From Bigelowiella natans CCMP2755 (lineage: Eukaryota; Protista; Cercozoa), in contig ADNK01000021.1 of NCBI GenBank assembly GCA_000320545.1, forward strand, positions 1 to 64,000: a DNA stretch of 64,000 bases. The letters run 5' to 3'. The notes beneath the pieces are model-generated. The model was not told where the DNA came from. It saw nothing but the letters and a program-made list of their open reading frames with translations, and ran no database searches. This document shows positions 38,900 through 53,656 of this stretch, one piece after another (position 1 is the stretch's first letter; each line of letters starts with the position of its first letter). The position numbers were made by a program, and so were the translations under genes.

Positions 38900-40930
38900 T
38901 CACATTTTTTCCTCCTCTTCCTTCTTCGCCATATTTCTAATTTTGATTTGTTCTTGGAGAGCTTTTCTGTAACTATAGAAACGCAAGGCAATACAAATTT
39001 CATTTTAGTAAGAAACATGATTCGAATTTCAGTACAGGAAAATGATTGATCTTGGAGGTCTGTATCATATTACGCTAATCTCTCTCGGATTATTTTCTTT
39101 TTCTCAAGAGCAGCTTCAGACTTGAGCTGAGAATAAGCAAAATATTTTTCAAATCAGACGTGGCCGAGTTGCAAACATCGGTATTTTAATATTAACGGAA
39201 ACTACCTGTTTCTTAAGTTTGTCAATTTCATCCTGGTCTTGTTTCATCTTAGTTACAGTCTTTAATTTCGACATCTATTTTAGGATGGACCCAAGTTAAG
39301 ACTGTTAGTTAATTCTACGAGTCCTCTAGAATTTAGTTGAGACGAGAACCTTAGTACGTTGTTTCACTTGCTTATCAATATACTGTTTGGTCTCCATTGC
39401 AGATTTCTTTGCCTTCTCATTTCGCTTCCTCTCCTAGAAGTACATGGTATCAGATTTCTACTTTTTGAATCTTCCATCAATGATTGTGCACGTTAGCATA
39501 GAAATATAAAGCTGCTTTCTTTTGGGAATACTCACATCTTCGGCCCTCTGACGATCTTTAGCAATGCGTTCGGATTCTATTTTTGCCTGAGCAACATGTA
39601 CGTTAAAAATGTCTTTTTCACAATTACTCAATGTATTACCGCAGCTGCATCACTTTTCTCCCTAGCCTGAAAAGATTATCTGAATAAGACTTGCTGTTGG
39701 GGATGTGTTTGTGTTTGTATTGGGTAATCTTCGATATACCGCAGCAGTGTGCTTCTCATTATTTTTCATGATCGCCTTCATCCTTGCCAATCTGGCATCC
39801 TTCTCAGCTTTGCGACGCCTATCCTTCTCCTCTTCAAGTCTTATGTACTAAAGAAGACATTTCAATTAGCGTGAGAAATTTTACCTAATTTTTAGCAATT
39901 AAGTACCTCCTCTCGCATTCTTTTGTCCTTCAACGCTTCTGCCCTCAACTCGGCTGCTTTAATCTTTTGTTGTCTTGAATTCTCAGCCTTGAACTTCGCC
40001 ATAGCTCTCTTCTCCGCCTTTTTAACCTATTATTTAGAAGAAAGTGCTCAGAATATAATTTTACATGCATATAAGGCTGCATATATACATGATTTGACCT
40101 GCAATCTCTTCATCTTCTCGGCTTTCAAGTCTTCCTCGCATTTCTTTTTCTGCTCCATGGCGTATCTGATCACCATCATCATCAACAATACATCACCAGA
40201 TTTTATCAGTTAATGGTAGGTTTCGAAGGTTGTATCATGCTGCAATAACTTCAAGCAATTTACTTTTTCTGGGCCATGATTTCTGCATGTCTCCGAGCTT
40301 TGACAGATTTCAGTTGATCTTCACGTTCCTTTAATTGGGGAAGGATATCATGGTCTGTACGCAGTTGGAACTAGGCTTACGTGCTATCAGCTAGTGATAC
40401 CTTTTTGAGTTTCTGTAGCTGTTCCTTTTTCGCTGCCTTTTTCTTCTTCTCTTCTATCTTCCATTGTTTCACCTGATGTTTCAGCAGTGAGACTAGCAAA
40501 ACCTCCGGATATGAGTTAAAACCTTCTTCCGAAGCTCTTCAGCTTCTTGTTTGTCCTTGACAATCAATTCCTGAAGTAGATATCATGAATACAATAATCT
40601 GTAAGAGGAACAACCGGGCCAGGAGTTCAACAATCGACATACTCTTTGCTTTTCTTTAAGAAGTTTCGCCTGAGCCTCTAGTTCCTTCTTAGACTTCAGA
40701 ATTGCATCCTTTGATATAATTAGGGACAATTCGATTCGATCGTTAGAAATTTTCAGATACTATTAAATACATTTTATTCACCTTATTTCTTTGTATTCGA
40801 ACTTGGTCCTGATTTTTGCAAAACCACTTTCAGCTGAAATAGCAAAGAGGCACAAGAGGTCTTTCCTTACCTTGTACGCCATTTGATGCGTCATATCAAG
40901 CGCAACATACTTCTGCCCCGTGTTCTGAGA
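38900..40930 (-). CDS. K/E/R-rich coiled-coil protein (trichohyalin-plectin-homology-like, possibly ciliary), many short plain introns
   Basis: Regular small exons such as IRYAMEQKKKCEEDLKAEKMKRLQ, RLEEEKDRRRKAEKDARLARMK and YRKALQEQIKIR, bounded by GT-AG. Confidence 0.6.
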
Positions 40931-42089
40931 CAAAATGTACATACATTATTCACACAAAGGAGGTTTATTGAGAGTCGTAAAATTATTTTTTTAGTGGCTC
41001 ATCTATCGGATTACGTGCATCTCAAACTCTCACTTCTATGATTCTATGTCTTCAGTCAGAACATGATATGAAGAATAAAAGGCTGAAAGAAGAAGCGATT
41101 AACTCCCAGAACTACTTCGCCCCCTTAAATCTACATCGATGTAGGAGGGGGTCAAGACCTGGGGGGCAGCCATCGTGCTTTTATTGCTACCAGACTTTTA
41201 AAACCCAATTTGCATACATATTCTAATAAAATCGTGGTGAAACTTAATCAGCGTCATGTAATTTCCTATTGTCGTAATCTTATTAATTCCGCCTTTACCA
41301 TGTGGTTGTTCGAAGATAATCGTTCTGAATCACAGCGAGGTTTTTCTCCTGCAGAATCCGTTAAACTATGCCTGTGCGACATCAAATTTAAAGGGACGCC
41401 CTTTCAATATATGTTCCATTTAGCCCGTTGTGAAAGCTTTATGTACAAATACAGACCAATTTCTTCAGAATTCGAAGGTGAGGTGAAGTACGTGAGCAGA
41501 AACCGGAATGTCCGTTACCTTCGCTCAATTGCCAAAAGTGAATGCATGGCATTTCAGATCTGTGACATAATTCTTTTTTTACAGATGTTGTCGTAGATCT
41601 AATTACGAACTCCGCCTAACCAGGTACAAGAGGTAATCGAATAATTCTTATCTTAAAAGCTTGATGAAGAGGCCACAATTTTCCACTGTAGGCCTAGATC
41701 CATGCTGTTTTGTATTTTTCAGATGGACCAAAATTTAGGGTAGTTTTGGCTACCCCTATCAAAAGATTTGAATGACTTGCAAAATTTTCCTCATTTGTCA
41801 GAACACATATAATTATGAAAATATCAGCACAACTTGTAGCATTGGACAACACTCATCAACCCCTTTTCTGGAACAAATTGCGGGATCCATATCTTATGGC
41901 ATTAATTATTCATGTTTTCCCTGAATTTCCATGTAGATTTCCTTAACAGTTCGATGCAAACTAATTCTGGAACGAGTTCATAGTCCAGATTCAGAGACAA
42001 AGTCTCAGACCCTACTATGTCGCGTTAAAGAATCAGTGTCTAAAGTTACTGAGAGACTACAAATTATACTTGTCGTATTTCAATAAGAT

Positions 42090-43232
42090 CCTATGCGTCT
42101 TCAGCCTCGTGTTGATGCGTCGATCTCGTGGAAATAGCGACGGCATATCCGTTTCCAAGAATCTGATTAGTCTGAACTCGTTTTCACTTTACACTGCGAC
42201 ATAACTTATCGTATGTCGTACTAGGAAATTGTTGAACGTTGGTACAAGGACTTTTGGTGTCGCAGTTCGATAAGTTACACAAAGTGCCGACGATCTCTTC
42301 GGAATTCCCCCCAATAATTAAAACATCTGTGGAGGAGCAACCACAAGGGGTCTTGCAACTCCGTTGTTCTGAGTTGAAAAAAAAGTCGACAAATGCTGGC
42401 ATCTCTGCGCCAGGCCCTCCCTTCCCTTCCGATTCGTTCCTCGAAAGGCGATGTGGAGGCCAAAGAAGAGGTAAGAGATAATGATGTATGTGGATAAATG
42501 TGAACATCTCTTATGGACTAAGGAATCTGTCGTCATCGTTGTCTTCGATAGGATCTTGTTCCGGAGGAGTTTGTTCAGCGTGTATTAAAGCGAAAGGTTG
42601 TTATATTAATCCACTCCTCTAAACATATAATGACAAATCGCACTTCAGAACGAATTGAATGAGCATTTGCGGAAGAATGACGCTGCGTTGAGGGTGCACA
42701 TCGAAGATCGTAAAAAGGTCATGTGAATCCCCATCACAGAGTTGATCCCCTGGCATTTATTGCGTGTTGACTTTATTTTCTTTTCCACCAGTGGGTATCT
42801 ATCTTGGAGAAGCATGGCTGCTCTGTCTTGTCTCTAAAGAACAAAGTCAATACACACTGCGAGTTCTTGACGGTAGGCTCAATTTAGTGCCATATGTCGA
42901 TGCTATTCAGGATTTCTTTTGGGTCTATGTTTTTTTTAGTCCTTAATTGTTGTTTGGTGTTCATTCGTATCCCAGGTCATAGAATACCCGTGGAGTCCTC
43001 ATGAAGTTTTCAGCTTTATTCGCACATTTGAGCATAGAACGACCTGGTAATATTTACTGATGGCTTCCCTCTTTCCTCTACCTCTATTCATGATATTTTA
43101 CTGAGGTACAATTAACTAATTACCATTTATTCAGGGATAAGAACGTGTCCAAGCACATTAGAGTCGCAGAAATTTGCATTGACAAAGATACTGATCTTGG
43201 TAATAAGCGATAGCATTCTCTCAAATAAGAAA

Positions 43233-43268
<36 letters not shown>

Positions 43269-43282
43269 ATGTGTATGAGAGA

Positions 43283-43321
<39 letters not shown>

Positions 43322-43546
43322 CTATCTGATTTGTTGTATTGAAGGGTCGGATCTAACATACACAAGAACAAAGCCTATTGCTCGCGGAGTTATCAGCGCA
43401 CGATCGTAAGCCCAATTTGTCCAATGGCAGAGTCTTCAAAGTAATTTTGATCGGCTTTGTACCTATTTACAGGTATTTAAACCTAAGGAAAGGCTACCTT
43501 GATGACAGCACAGGGTTAATAATTAAACCCCGTATTCAATATCCCA

Positions 43547-43592
<46 letters not shown>

Positions 43593-44623
43593 TATTTACA
43601 TAAATAATATTTTTTGTGTATAATATACATATACTTACTTTTATTTGTATATGTTCACAAACTCACACACACATATGCACATAAGTTTCCCCTTAAATCC
43701 CTTACATCCACACACCAGTTTCTTCGCGGTTCAACCTGATTGTGTAATGGATGGAATGTTATTTAACGTGTCGACTACAGGACCTTTGTAGAGAGCGCTG
43801 TGAGCGTTGAAGAATTGTTTGATGGAGTAATGAATTAGCACAATACACACTATTCTCAACTTTCACAACAATAAAATTGTTGTTCAATATGATTGCTCAT
43901 CATTGCTATTATAAATCTGACAATTTTTTTTTCCCTGTACATAGTGTCCAGAACGCGTCGACAATACACAGGCGGCAACAATGTTCTTCGGCTCGGGAGG
44001 ACTATTCGAACCGATTAATGGGTAATTGCACCAATATATTTACAGGGGAGTGTGCACCAAAGCAAAATTGTGTGGATTGTGCGGACGATTGGAAGTCGAG
44101 ATAGGATTTTGGGGAGTAAACAGCAACAACTGCATTAATCGCGATATTCAAGGCTTTCAAACTTAAAAATATTCGCAGGGGTAAGGGTTGCCGGATATCA
44201 TACCTAACGCTCACCGATCCTCGAGGCTGGTTACCTCATAAAGTTGTGAATAAGGTGTAAACACAAATTTGTGCACGCGCGAGCACACACACATAGACAT
44301 TTACAATACATTCAAATTTAAATTACTCACTCACTCACTCACTCACTCACTCACACCCATGCCCGCCCAGGCTACAAAGATGTTTTTTTCAATTTACGTA
44401 ATATTCTTCACATGATTTCATGTAAGTAATCTTATATATACTGTACCCCTTTTCCTTGTGCATTGAACGTATTCTTATCACCCACCCCAGGTCATGCCTA
44501 ACGAGCTAGCGCGCTATTTCAAGCTTATCAGGGACACTATAGCTTCGAAAAAGGTCAACACTATGATTTAAAGCTTATTTTTGTCTACGGTAAAAGGAAG
44601 ACGCCTGCCAAGCATTTGAAATA
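42090..44623 (+). CDS. START-domain lipid-transfer protein; start uncertain
   Basis: YPWSPHEVFSFIRTFEHRTTW|DKNV, DLTYTRTKPIARGVISAR, GCRISYLTLTDPRGWLPHKVVNK. Confidence 0.75.
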
Positions 44624-45920
44624 ACATCAATGTATTCAAGAAAAGAGAAATTTTGTGCCGACATTATGCAAAAAATAAACTTTATGAACTGTTTACTCAG
44701 TATCCATTCCAAATGATTCCGATCAAGTATGAGGTCGGAGAGGAAACTCGGAAGGAAAAACAGGACGACAAAATATAAACAGCGCTAAGGCCAAAAAGTA
44801 GTGCCAAGTAACTTTGCGCCCCAGGGAAGAATGAATCTATTCATCCATAGCACGAAAGATACTCTCACTAACGTAACTGAATGTCAAACCTGTGGAATTG
44901 GTGACTAAAGAATTGTGATAAAGATTCAAACTACAGTAGCAACAAGCAAGCTTCTCGGCTCCTTCTTGCCTGATGTAATGTTAACCAGTAGCCATGTTAA
45001 CTGTTATCATTATAGATAGGAATGGTCAATTGCAGGTTGTAGCGAGAATGAAAAATCATTACAACAACTGCTATTCAATGTAAATTTGAAGTTACACAAA
45101 CAAACCATTGCGCATGATTAACAAACAAGTATTCACAAATTTACTCGCATTATATGAGTACTGGCGGCCATTAATGAGAGAAGGCATGTATTGACGTACA
45201 TGCTGTCACGTTTCCATTTTTGTCTTGATGCGAATCATTATTGTACATTTAACTTCGCATTATTGCAGATGGATGCGATGGTGGTGTTATAGTGTCTGCG
45301 TCGCTACATAGCATGCATGCATACGGGCGCCCGCATCTAGCCATATGCATGCTACTAACTAGGCCCACGCGTACTTGCTGCGCCAAATGTATAAATGGCT
45401 ATTGGCGCATGTGTATCGTATGCAGAAATTCGAAGCGGTCTTCAAGCATTACTTGAATAACGCATATGTCGTTTTCATTAACGTACGTACATAAGCAAAA
45501 ACATGTAGCATATAAGCACACTGTGTAATGAATGGAATATACTATTTCCATGGTTTTTGACACATATGTGAACATACATGCGGCTGCAATTACAACTATT
45601 ATAAACGCATGCAACATGGCAGCGCTTGGCATGTATGCTTGAAAGAGCAACCCCTATGCTACCTACTGTTTATTGCATCTAATAGTTACAATTTTAATGG
45701 ATTTAGTGGGATGCATACATGTGAACAGCCGTTGAATGAGATATTGTAATAATTCAGGATAAATCATTTTAGTAAATTTGAACATTATACTGTATCATTG
45801 CGCAAATGCGAAAATGTAGAAGGATTCCATACTTTTGCATGGCTACGTACTCATTAAAATTACTGTTGTAGGAACATTAAGTGTGGCTCCTTACACTGAT
45901 GGCAATGCAAGAGCTTTGTT

Positions 45921-46472
45921 CTAATCTTTTGTTCTTTTTTTCAGTGTGTTAGCTAGCCAGTCCATTCCATCCACTAGTCCCTGGCCAGAGGTAGCACATG
46001 CTCCTTGCACGTACCACTGACGATCTTGTAATTTATCCAGACCAAGTTCTTTCGCAAGCTGTTTTGTTGATAACGCCCTCGATAGATCTTGTTTATTAGC
46101 GTATACTAATACTGCGGCGTTCTTTAACTCATCTGTCTCGAGGGTTTTGTGCAGTTCTTCCCTCGCAGCATCCACCCTTTCGCGATCAGCGGAGTCGACG
46201 ACGAAGATAATGCCGTCTGTGTTTTCATAGTAGTGCCGCCATAGCGGCCTGATCTTGTCCTGTCCGCCGATGTCCCAGACTTGAAGATCGAGGTTTTTAT
46301 GTTCGATTCTTTCCACGTTGAAGCCTATCGTTGGAACTGTGGTAATCACCTCTCCAAGCTTAAGGTTGTATAGTACAGTTGTCTTCCCTGCGGCATCCAG
46401 TCCGACCATCACGACGCGAACGGTCTGATTTCCGAAGAGGCTGTTCCAGAGTTGGCTAATAGAGGCTCCCAT
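45921..46472 (-). CDS. ARF: ADP-ribosylation factor (ARF) family GTPase, intronless
   Basis: MG myristoylation start, [47 protein letters not shown]. Confidence 0.97.
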   Translation of the reverse strand: MGASISQLWNSLFGNQTVRVVMVGLDAAGKTTVLYNLKLGEVITTVPTIGFNVERIEHKNLDLQVWDIGGQDKIRPLWRHYYENTDGIIFVVDSADRERVDAAREELHKTLETDELKNAAVLVYANKQDLSRALSTKQLAKELGLDKLQDRQWYVQGACATSGQGLVDGMDWLANTLKKRTKD

Positions 46473-47060
46473 TGTTTTCTTTCTTCCTTCGAATGTGTGT
46501 AAACCCTTTTGAGTTGTGATGATGTGCCCTTCCCCTTCCGACGACGATCGAACGATTGGCTTCTTTCTGGCTTCCCAGGCGACAGCGTCTCCAGAGAAAG
46601 AACACAGGTGATTTTCGTGTTAATACGGCCGAATCGCTTTGTCGCATGTATTAAATATTCCTGCTCCTCTCGTGTATTTTTGGTCGTTTTCACCCGGTGA
46701 TTAGCACAGACGCGATGTTGGTGCAGAATGACATCATTTGCGGTGCTCGATGGCGCGATTCCTGTAACTTTTACCTAAACACGGCGAAGAAATCAGAAAA
46801 TTCCGTGAACAGTTTCGCTGACGGGAATGAAATAGTGCCGAATTACACGTCATTTTTTAATAGCGACATGAAATATAAAAAAGAAATTGGGAAATCCTAA
46901 ATCACTAATGCTTTCGCCATTTCGAATTTGAATTGCCAGAACCTCCACAGCGAGGGAGGAGGAGGAGGAGGAGCCCAGCCCATCTCCGGGTCTCAAAAAG
47001 TCCAGCTCGTCCCGGAGTTTTAACCGCCAAAGCGTGAACGCGTCTAAAATCCTACATATT

Positions 47061-47718
47061 ATGGTTCGGATTACTGCTCTGATCTTCATCATATGCTCTC
47101 CATTCGCAGCTGAGACTCTAGAAAAGGATTTCGCGCGCTTCGATGTTGTTGATTTAGCTAGTCCGCCGGCGCCACGGATACAGCTTCTGTCGATTCGGTA
47201 CCGACTTACGGGGTTTCAATGCACAGGAAAGGAACTAAGGCTGTATTGCAACAACCAGACTTATCCACTAGAACAACCCCGATTTGTAGATCTCGCGGCA
47301 AATCGATCGATTGATCAGTCAAGAGAAAGCTTCGCTCTCGCAGTGATATCAGCAATGGAATCGGGAATTTCCAATGGCACCTGCTTCTCTGCATACAAGA
47401 TATCACCCTTAGATCGATCCGTATTGTTGAAATCAAAGTGCAATTTGGAGGTTCTGCATCGTGCTCCTAGCCCGGGTGTTACGTCGCTGCTATTGCATAG
47501 AGATCACCACGCATTCGAAAGTAGAGAACGAATAAAAGTTGAGGACTCAGGTAAAAGAAAGCGTCGTGCAAGTCTGAAAGATGAGCATTCGGATCCAAAT
47601 TCGGCCTTTGCTGAAATTGCTGCGAAGATTGAAGCGAAACTTCAGTCCGGCGCGAGAACAGGGCAAATGTTTAGGTCTCATCTCATTTAGCATATGCTCT
47701 GCCTCTTTCCCCCCCTTC

Positions 47719-47772
<54 letters not shown>

Positions 47773-47858
47773 GTGTGTGTGTGTGTGTGCGCGCGCGCGC
47801 GCACAATTTACCTCCTTTCTAAATGAATATAGCATAGAAATACATACTGACTTGAATT

Positions 47859-47894
<36 letters not shown>

Positions 47895-48870
47895 CTCTGC
47901 TCAAAATAAACGTTGTCATCATCTTAGACAGGATTTGAAATTCATATTTTTATTTGTATGTTTGGAAACAGTATGTTGACCGACGAAAGCTTGTCCACGG
48001 TTCCTGGGATTCTGATCCAGTTGTACATGAAGATGGTCTCCCCTCAGGTCACGAAGGATCTCGTGAAAAAGGGGGCGAAAGGACTCTGGGGATTTTTAAA
48101 TATCGGAAAGTTTACAGATCACTGCATCTCTGCCTTCGACGCACAGATAACTTATTCTTTGATGAATGATGCTGCTGTCCACACGGCAAACGAAGCCCGT
48201 GTTATGTTGGAACCACAGCTAGGAGCTGCGCTGAACGCTACGCTGACCGATGCTTGGGTAGAAAATCTCGTCGGTCCTCTCACGAAGTCAGTCAGCAAGG
48301 CCCTTGCTGAGTCCAGTGAATCCATCCTCAAGACAGAACTCCTTCAACATGTCACGTCTCAAGTGACAGCTTCCTTCACGAGAACCGTCACTCGCACTCT
48401 GGGTCATGTGCTTGGCCGAGCCCTCTCAAGGAATCCGATAGATGACTACTACTGCTATTACTGTCGGGTGTGTGCCTACTACTTACTAGTTCTACTACTA
48501 GTAGTACTACTCATACTACTACTACTGCGTGTCGCTGCTCTTGTGGAGCAAATTATCAAAAAACTGATATCTAGCTTTCCCAATTGCTTTGCGTTTTTGT
48601 CTCTTATTACGCTCTGATGCGATGCCTGCCTGCTTTTTGTAGGAACACCAGATCTTCTGTGAAGCGTGTCAAAAAGGGGTGCAACATGGAGCAAACTACG
48701 ATCAAGCATCAACTGTATACGCCAATTACTATGGAAACTATTATGGTTCGATGTACAGTTCAGGAGGATACGCTAAATCATTCGTTAAGACTTATGAGGA
48801 GGGGGGAGAGAAAGCAGAGAAAGCTGGGTACTTGAAGAAACAGACTGGCTGCTTATATTGTAAAAAATAG
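47061..48870 (+). CDS. Unknown signal-peptide protein, 3 exons, with a C-terminal Cys/Tyr motif
   Basis: MVRITALIFIICSPFAA leader. In-frame splices ttag|gt..acag and cgg|gt..gtag. DYYCYYCREHQIFCEAC and YANYYGNYYG. Confidence 0.7.
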
Positions 48871-49514
48871 CACATCTAGCGTCATCGTGACAGAAAATTT
48901 ACTTATTAATTTAGCCCATTAACACGCATACTACTGCGCTTCGAATTTGCCAAAAAGATCATAGTACTTTGTATGGCCACAAATTATACAGTGGTCCTGT
49001 TGTGGCGACTGATGATGTATAGATGGGTCATGCAAACAGAGAAAGCAATTATTGAATTTGTTGGCTGTACATGCTGTTCCACTCTCACCTAACTCTGCGC
49101 GATCCTCATCAGCATCTGATAGAGCATGCCGTGTTGCTCTGGTGTACTAGATAGATACTAAAGCGCAACAATATTAGGGCAAGCGCTATCATAACAGCCA
49201 TATATAATAAGGCGCTACACTTGCCACTGTGACGGCAATGCATCTCCATCATCATGAGCATTTACTTTGTTGCGTGCTGACATGACTAGTAGTTGCTCGC
49301 ACCTTCTAGTCCATACTTTATATTTTCACAAGCAGGCGGCGCGCGCCTCAAAATTTAATTTATTTAGTCGGCACAATCGTCTCTGCAGGCGATATTAGAA
49401 ATTCAACATGGTCCTCCATACGCAACACTACGCACGTAGCTTTTGGCAGTTCAGCACTCAGTTGTTCGATCATCGCCTTATATAAAAGCTTTCTGCATGC
49501 CAGTAACTGGCTGC

Positions 49515-50180
49515 TCGCCTATATGTTCTTGCGGGTGTTCGACGTGCCTGCAGATCCCCAGTCAAAAGGCCTCCTTGAGTCTTGGTTTATTCCTCCCCGG
49601 ATTTCAGCATTCGTGATGAACACGTCTGGCTGACACGTTGCCCACTGTAAGATGAAAGGTTAGCGGGGGAATTCTTAGCAGTAAATTACAATGCACTTGT
49701 TAGTCAATTGGTGATCATAAATATAGCATATATTATACATAAATACTTATATTTAAGAAACGTAGCAACCTTGTGGTTGTCGCGGATGTATAACCATTTC
49801 TCGGAGGCGAACCCGATCCACGGCGCAGCAGCGGGGTGGACACAGTACGCATACAACGAAGCAAACACCGCTCCCCGTCCCACATGCGATATCCACCGCA
49901 TACTGCCACTCTTTCTGAGCGAGGACAGCAACGAAGGCTGCGGCTGCTTCATAGGTGGCCGCATTGCTCTCACCCTTCGTCGCAACATTCCTACACCTTG
50001 GAACAGCGCACAACCGGCCGCAGGAAGCGCAAAGTAGGAGTGTGCGGAGCTATCCGCCACATCGTCAGGTCTTACCAGGAAATCCACCGCACGATGCCGC
50101 ATTTTGGTCATCACACCGGGAGAAGAAGAGGAGGATGTGGAGGGAGAGGAGGATGATGGAGGGTGGGGTGGCATGCAGTC
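49515..50180 (-). CDS. Small hypothetical protein, 2 exons
   Basis: GC-rich open frame ending WLYIRDNHK|gt, then exon WATCQPDVFITNAEIRGG..WGSAG. No family recognised. Confidence 0.45.
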
Positions 50181-50433
50181 CACGTCGGATTTGGCAGGAT
50201 CCAGCGTCGCAGCGAACCTGGAGGAAGCGATAATAAGATAAATCCTCAGCAAAACAGGAGTCAAGATGGCATTTCCAGGCAGCACAAGACAAAAATTACA
50301 GCAAAATCCCTCGGGTAGTAATAATACTGATGAGAAGAAGAAGCAACACAGACAGTACGACACGAAACTGCACATACGACAACTCACATATTTATTTACA
50401 AAAGAGCTTGTTTAAAAGGTCATGCTCCTCAAA

Positions 50434-51603
50434 CTAAAAAACTGCAAAATAGTACAGATTTGACCATGTCATCTCAGCTAGTAGCCCAGCGTAGCTGATA
50501 ACAGGCACAATTTTGCCGAGAAGAAGTCTGTACGCAAACAGTTGCGACGGCGATTCTAACGGCGGCCACAACATCAGTCTTGAGGCAAGAAACCACACGA
50601 TTGATGGTTCTATCAACCATCTCAACGCTGCGGAGAAGGGAACTGTTGTTGGTGAGGATAAGGAGGCGCGCAACGAGGGACCATCATCAACGTTACTCTT
50701 GTTGTTGCTATTATCGTTACTCCTGCTGCTTCTACTGGTACATCCTTCTATCATACCTCCATTCTCCTCCAGCTCTCGTCTCTGCTGCCACATTGATTCC
50801 AAGTGGTTTTTAATGCCTTCAACATGCGCCAACCCAACGACTGCAACGACAGATGGCTGCCTTCCTACTTGTTTTAGCAGCAGCAGCAGCAGCAGAGTCA
50901 AGTGTGGGCGATGCTCGTTCTTACGTTGTTATCGTCGTTGTTGATACTCAGCATTCCATCACTATATTGAGGGATGTGGTGGACACCTAGAAGCAGAGAA
51001 TGAGGAGGTAGCTATACCTTTGTTATTCATCGTCATCATCATGTGCTGCTGTTGGTGCATCTGCACGGGCAAGATCTCCTTCGCAACTTCCGCTGCAGCG
51101 TCATGAATAGCACTGGCCAGATACTTGTCGCGCTCTTCGTTGTAAGGGCGATTGACGTCATCAGGTGGGATTAGCCAAAGCGGAGGATTTCTATGGTCCA
51201 GGATCTCTTTAGCGTCCTGTTGGATGATGACAAGAAGAAGAAGAAGAATATGCTGTATCATTGTTTTGAAGATGATAGAGTGATGAAGATAATGATGATC
51301 ACTGCGCAGAATAACGCCACAATGGTGATAGTGATGGTGGAGCTTTCGCGTTGATCATCACAAAAAACATATTCGCATACATAAACGTGCCTCCACAACT
51401 CGATTAAGAAAAATTATAACCATTGCCAGCTCGTCGGAGATAGTCAAATAACCGCACCTATAAAATGCATGAGAGGTCAACAAAACAACTGTTGTACGAC
51501 CACGATGTAGATTATAAGCAAAGAGTATAAGAGGTTTTTTGGTGAAGTGAAGAGAGAAGAAATGGGTGGAATTACTGTTGAGAGTAAATATCCTCTATCT
51601 ATA

Positions 51604-51648
<45 letters not shown>

Positions 51649-52555
51649 TAATGTAGAATATATACAACACTATATTTAAAAGAGGAAAAAGACAGAGAGA
51701 GAGGGGGATATTTCAATCATTCTAATTCGTACATGCGTTGACGTAGCTTCCATTTGCAGTAGGACATCCAACGATCGTAGGCTGCTTGAGGCAAGCCTTT
51801 CATTGGATCGAATTGCCGGCACAGCCACTCCGAGGGAGACTGACGCCAAAATGCAGCCCATATGCGCTGATTGGTGTAGCCCTCGTACCTAAAGTACATC
51901 ATAAAAATCCAAAAACAAACATGGTGTGAGTTTGCAATAGTATCCTAATTGTGTTTGGTAACAGCGTGTGTTCGCGCGCGCGCGCGCGTGTGTCTGTGTG
52001 CGTTTGTGTGTTTCGGTCTGAGACAGCAACCTGTCGCCTAGTATGAAGGTGCAGCGATCTAGCACCCCTTCGGAACACAAAGAGCGTGCTGCACAAAGAG
52101 CAGCCGCAAATTCATCGCCCTCTTCGATGAACTTTCCTTCCTCATCAGCTGAATTTCTTAGGCAAATATTCTCTGAATAAAGCAAGAGAATTTCAGTCAC
52201 CACAGTGGCGTACACATACTATTAGTGTTTACGTATATATCCTCTATCTCGTGGCCTTTACAGCACTATTTTTTGTTGACATGACATGCGAACAAGCTGC
52301 CGAGTTCCATCTTCAATCGTACTTCTGAGGCAGCCAGCACGTTCCCAGCAGAGTTCCGCTACAATTGAAGATGGTTGGGTCAGATAGACCAGCCTCTCTA
52401 CTTCCTGCACTGACTCCACAAATCCATGTACAACCCCAACAATGTACACCTGCACGCCAGAGAAAGAAGAAGATCATGATGGTGGAGAATACGGAGATGG
52501 ATGGTATCGATGATAATGGTGGTGGCAGTGGTGATTGTGGTGGTGACGGTGACGG

Positions 52556-52590
<35 letters not shown>

Positions 52591-52900
52591 ATGGTAGTGA
52601 CGACATCAATTCATTCTATGTTTTAAAGTACATTCTACTACACATTCGTTCGAGCACAGGCTATCGGAAATATACCGTGGTGCGGGAGTCGGGGCTGTGA
52701 AGAACGTGCGTGTGCCTACAGGATTGTTTGATACGATGAATTTCCCCTCCTAACATAGGGGGGATGTTGCTTTGTAGATTCGAGATTGGGTGCGCTCCTC
52801 CTTTGGCCCACCCCCCCCTCCTCGAAGATGCAGAAAGACTGATCGGCAGAGAATCCGCTATGACTACTCAGGCGACAATCGCCGACATTTTATGCTTATG
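50434..52900 (-). CDS. TraB/PrgY/GumN (TRABD-like) protein; start uncertain
   Basis: VYIVGVVHG..QPSSIVAELCWER, GDEFAAA..ILGDR, EERDKYLA, VVAVVGLAHVEGI. Confidence 0.85.
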
Positions 52901-53625
52901 GCAGAATCCCCTATATTTATGGACTAATATCACGAATTGTCTTTGTCGCAGATGCAAAAGCTAATGAAGCTTCCTCGCTCTCACGCCTTGAAGCGTTGAA
53001 AGAGAGAAGGATTATAGGCCATTATCTACGAAGTAATCGGGATAACCGGTTATTTATCCTGAAAACGGCGCTTCTTCGGGGTTAGTTATCTGGGTTATGA
53101 GGAACACCACTCCCAACACGGGAGGACGGAATGGGGCCTGTGCGCGCAGAGCAAGATCACCTATACCAGTCCAACAGATTCTGGAGATGTTGAAGTCTAC
53201 ACACTATCCAATCTGGAAAACATCAAAATTGGGTGGTTACTAGTTCAAGATAGGACAAGATTCGAAGAAAAGGAAAAGAGGGAGCAATGTCATTTGTGAC
53301 TGAACCATAATTTAACACAGTCGAGCTTTATTCGAATCCAGATGGGTTGTATGTGTAAATCTTGGTTGCGAGCACTCTACGGTGTACAATGTGATCGAGG
53401 CGACATATAGATACATGTAGATGATAGCGCATTGGAACAGTTTATTCAGTGTTCGTTCGATGTCATGGCAGCTGCACGATGCCTTTTAAAATGTGGTAAA
53501 TGATGAAAATATGGCTTAGCTAGTGGCGGCTTTGCGATGGACACGTGTATCACATTGCACGTAGAGTGTGTCAAACGTGCATGGTGGCCTCGTGCAGTAC
53601 ATATGAGACGGGTGTATAATGATGT

Positions 53626-53656
53626 GATTAAATCTTTTCAATGGTCATCCTAATGT
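53626..53656. repeat. Dispersed 31 bp motif (copy B)
   Basis: Identical to 33073-33103. Confidence 0.85.

Noticed and set aside
50434-52900. TraB name suggesting a conjugative element
   Set aside because: This is the intron-containing eukaryotic TRABD-like family and there are no mobile-element genes nearby.
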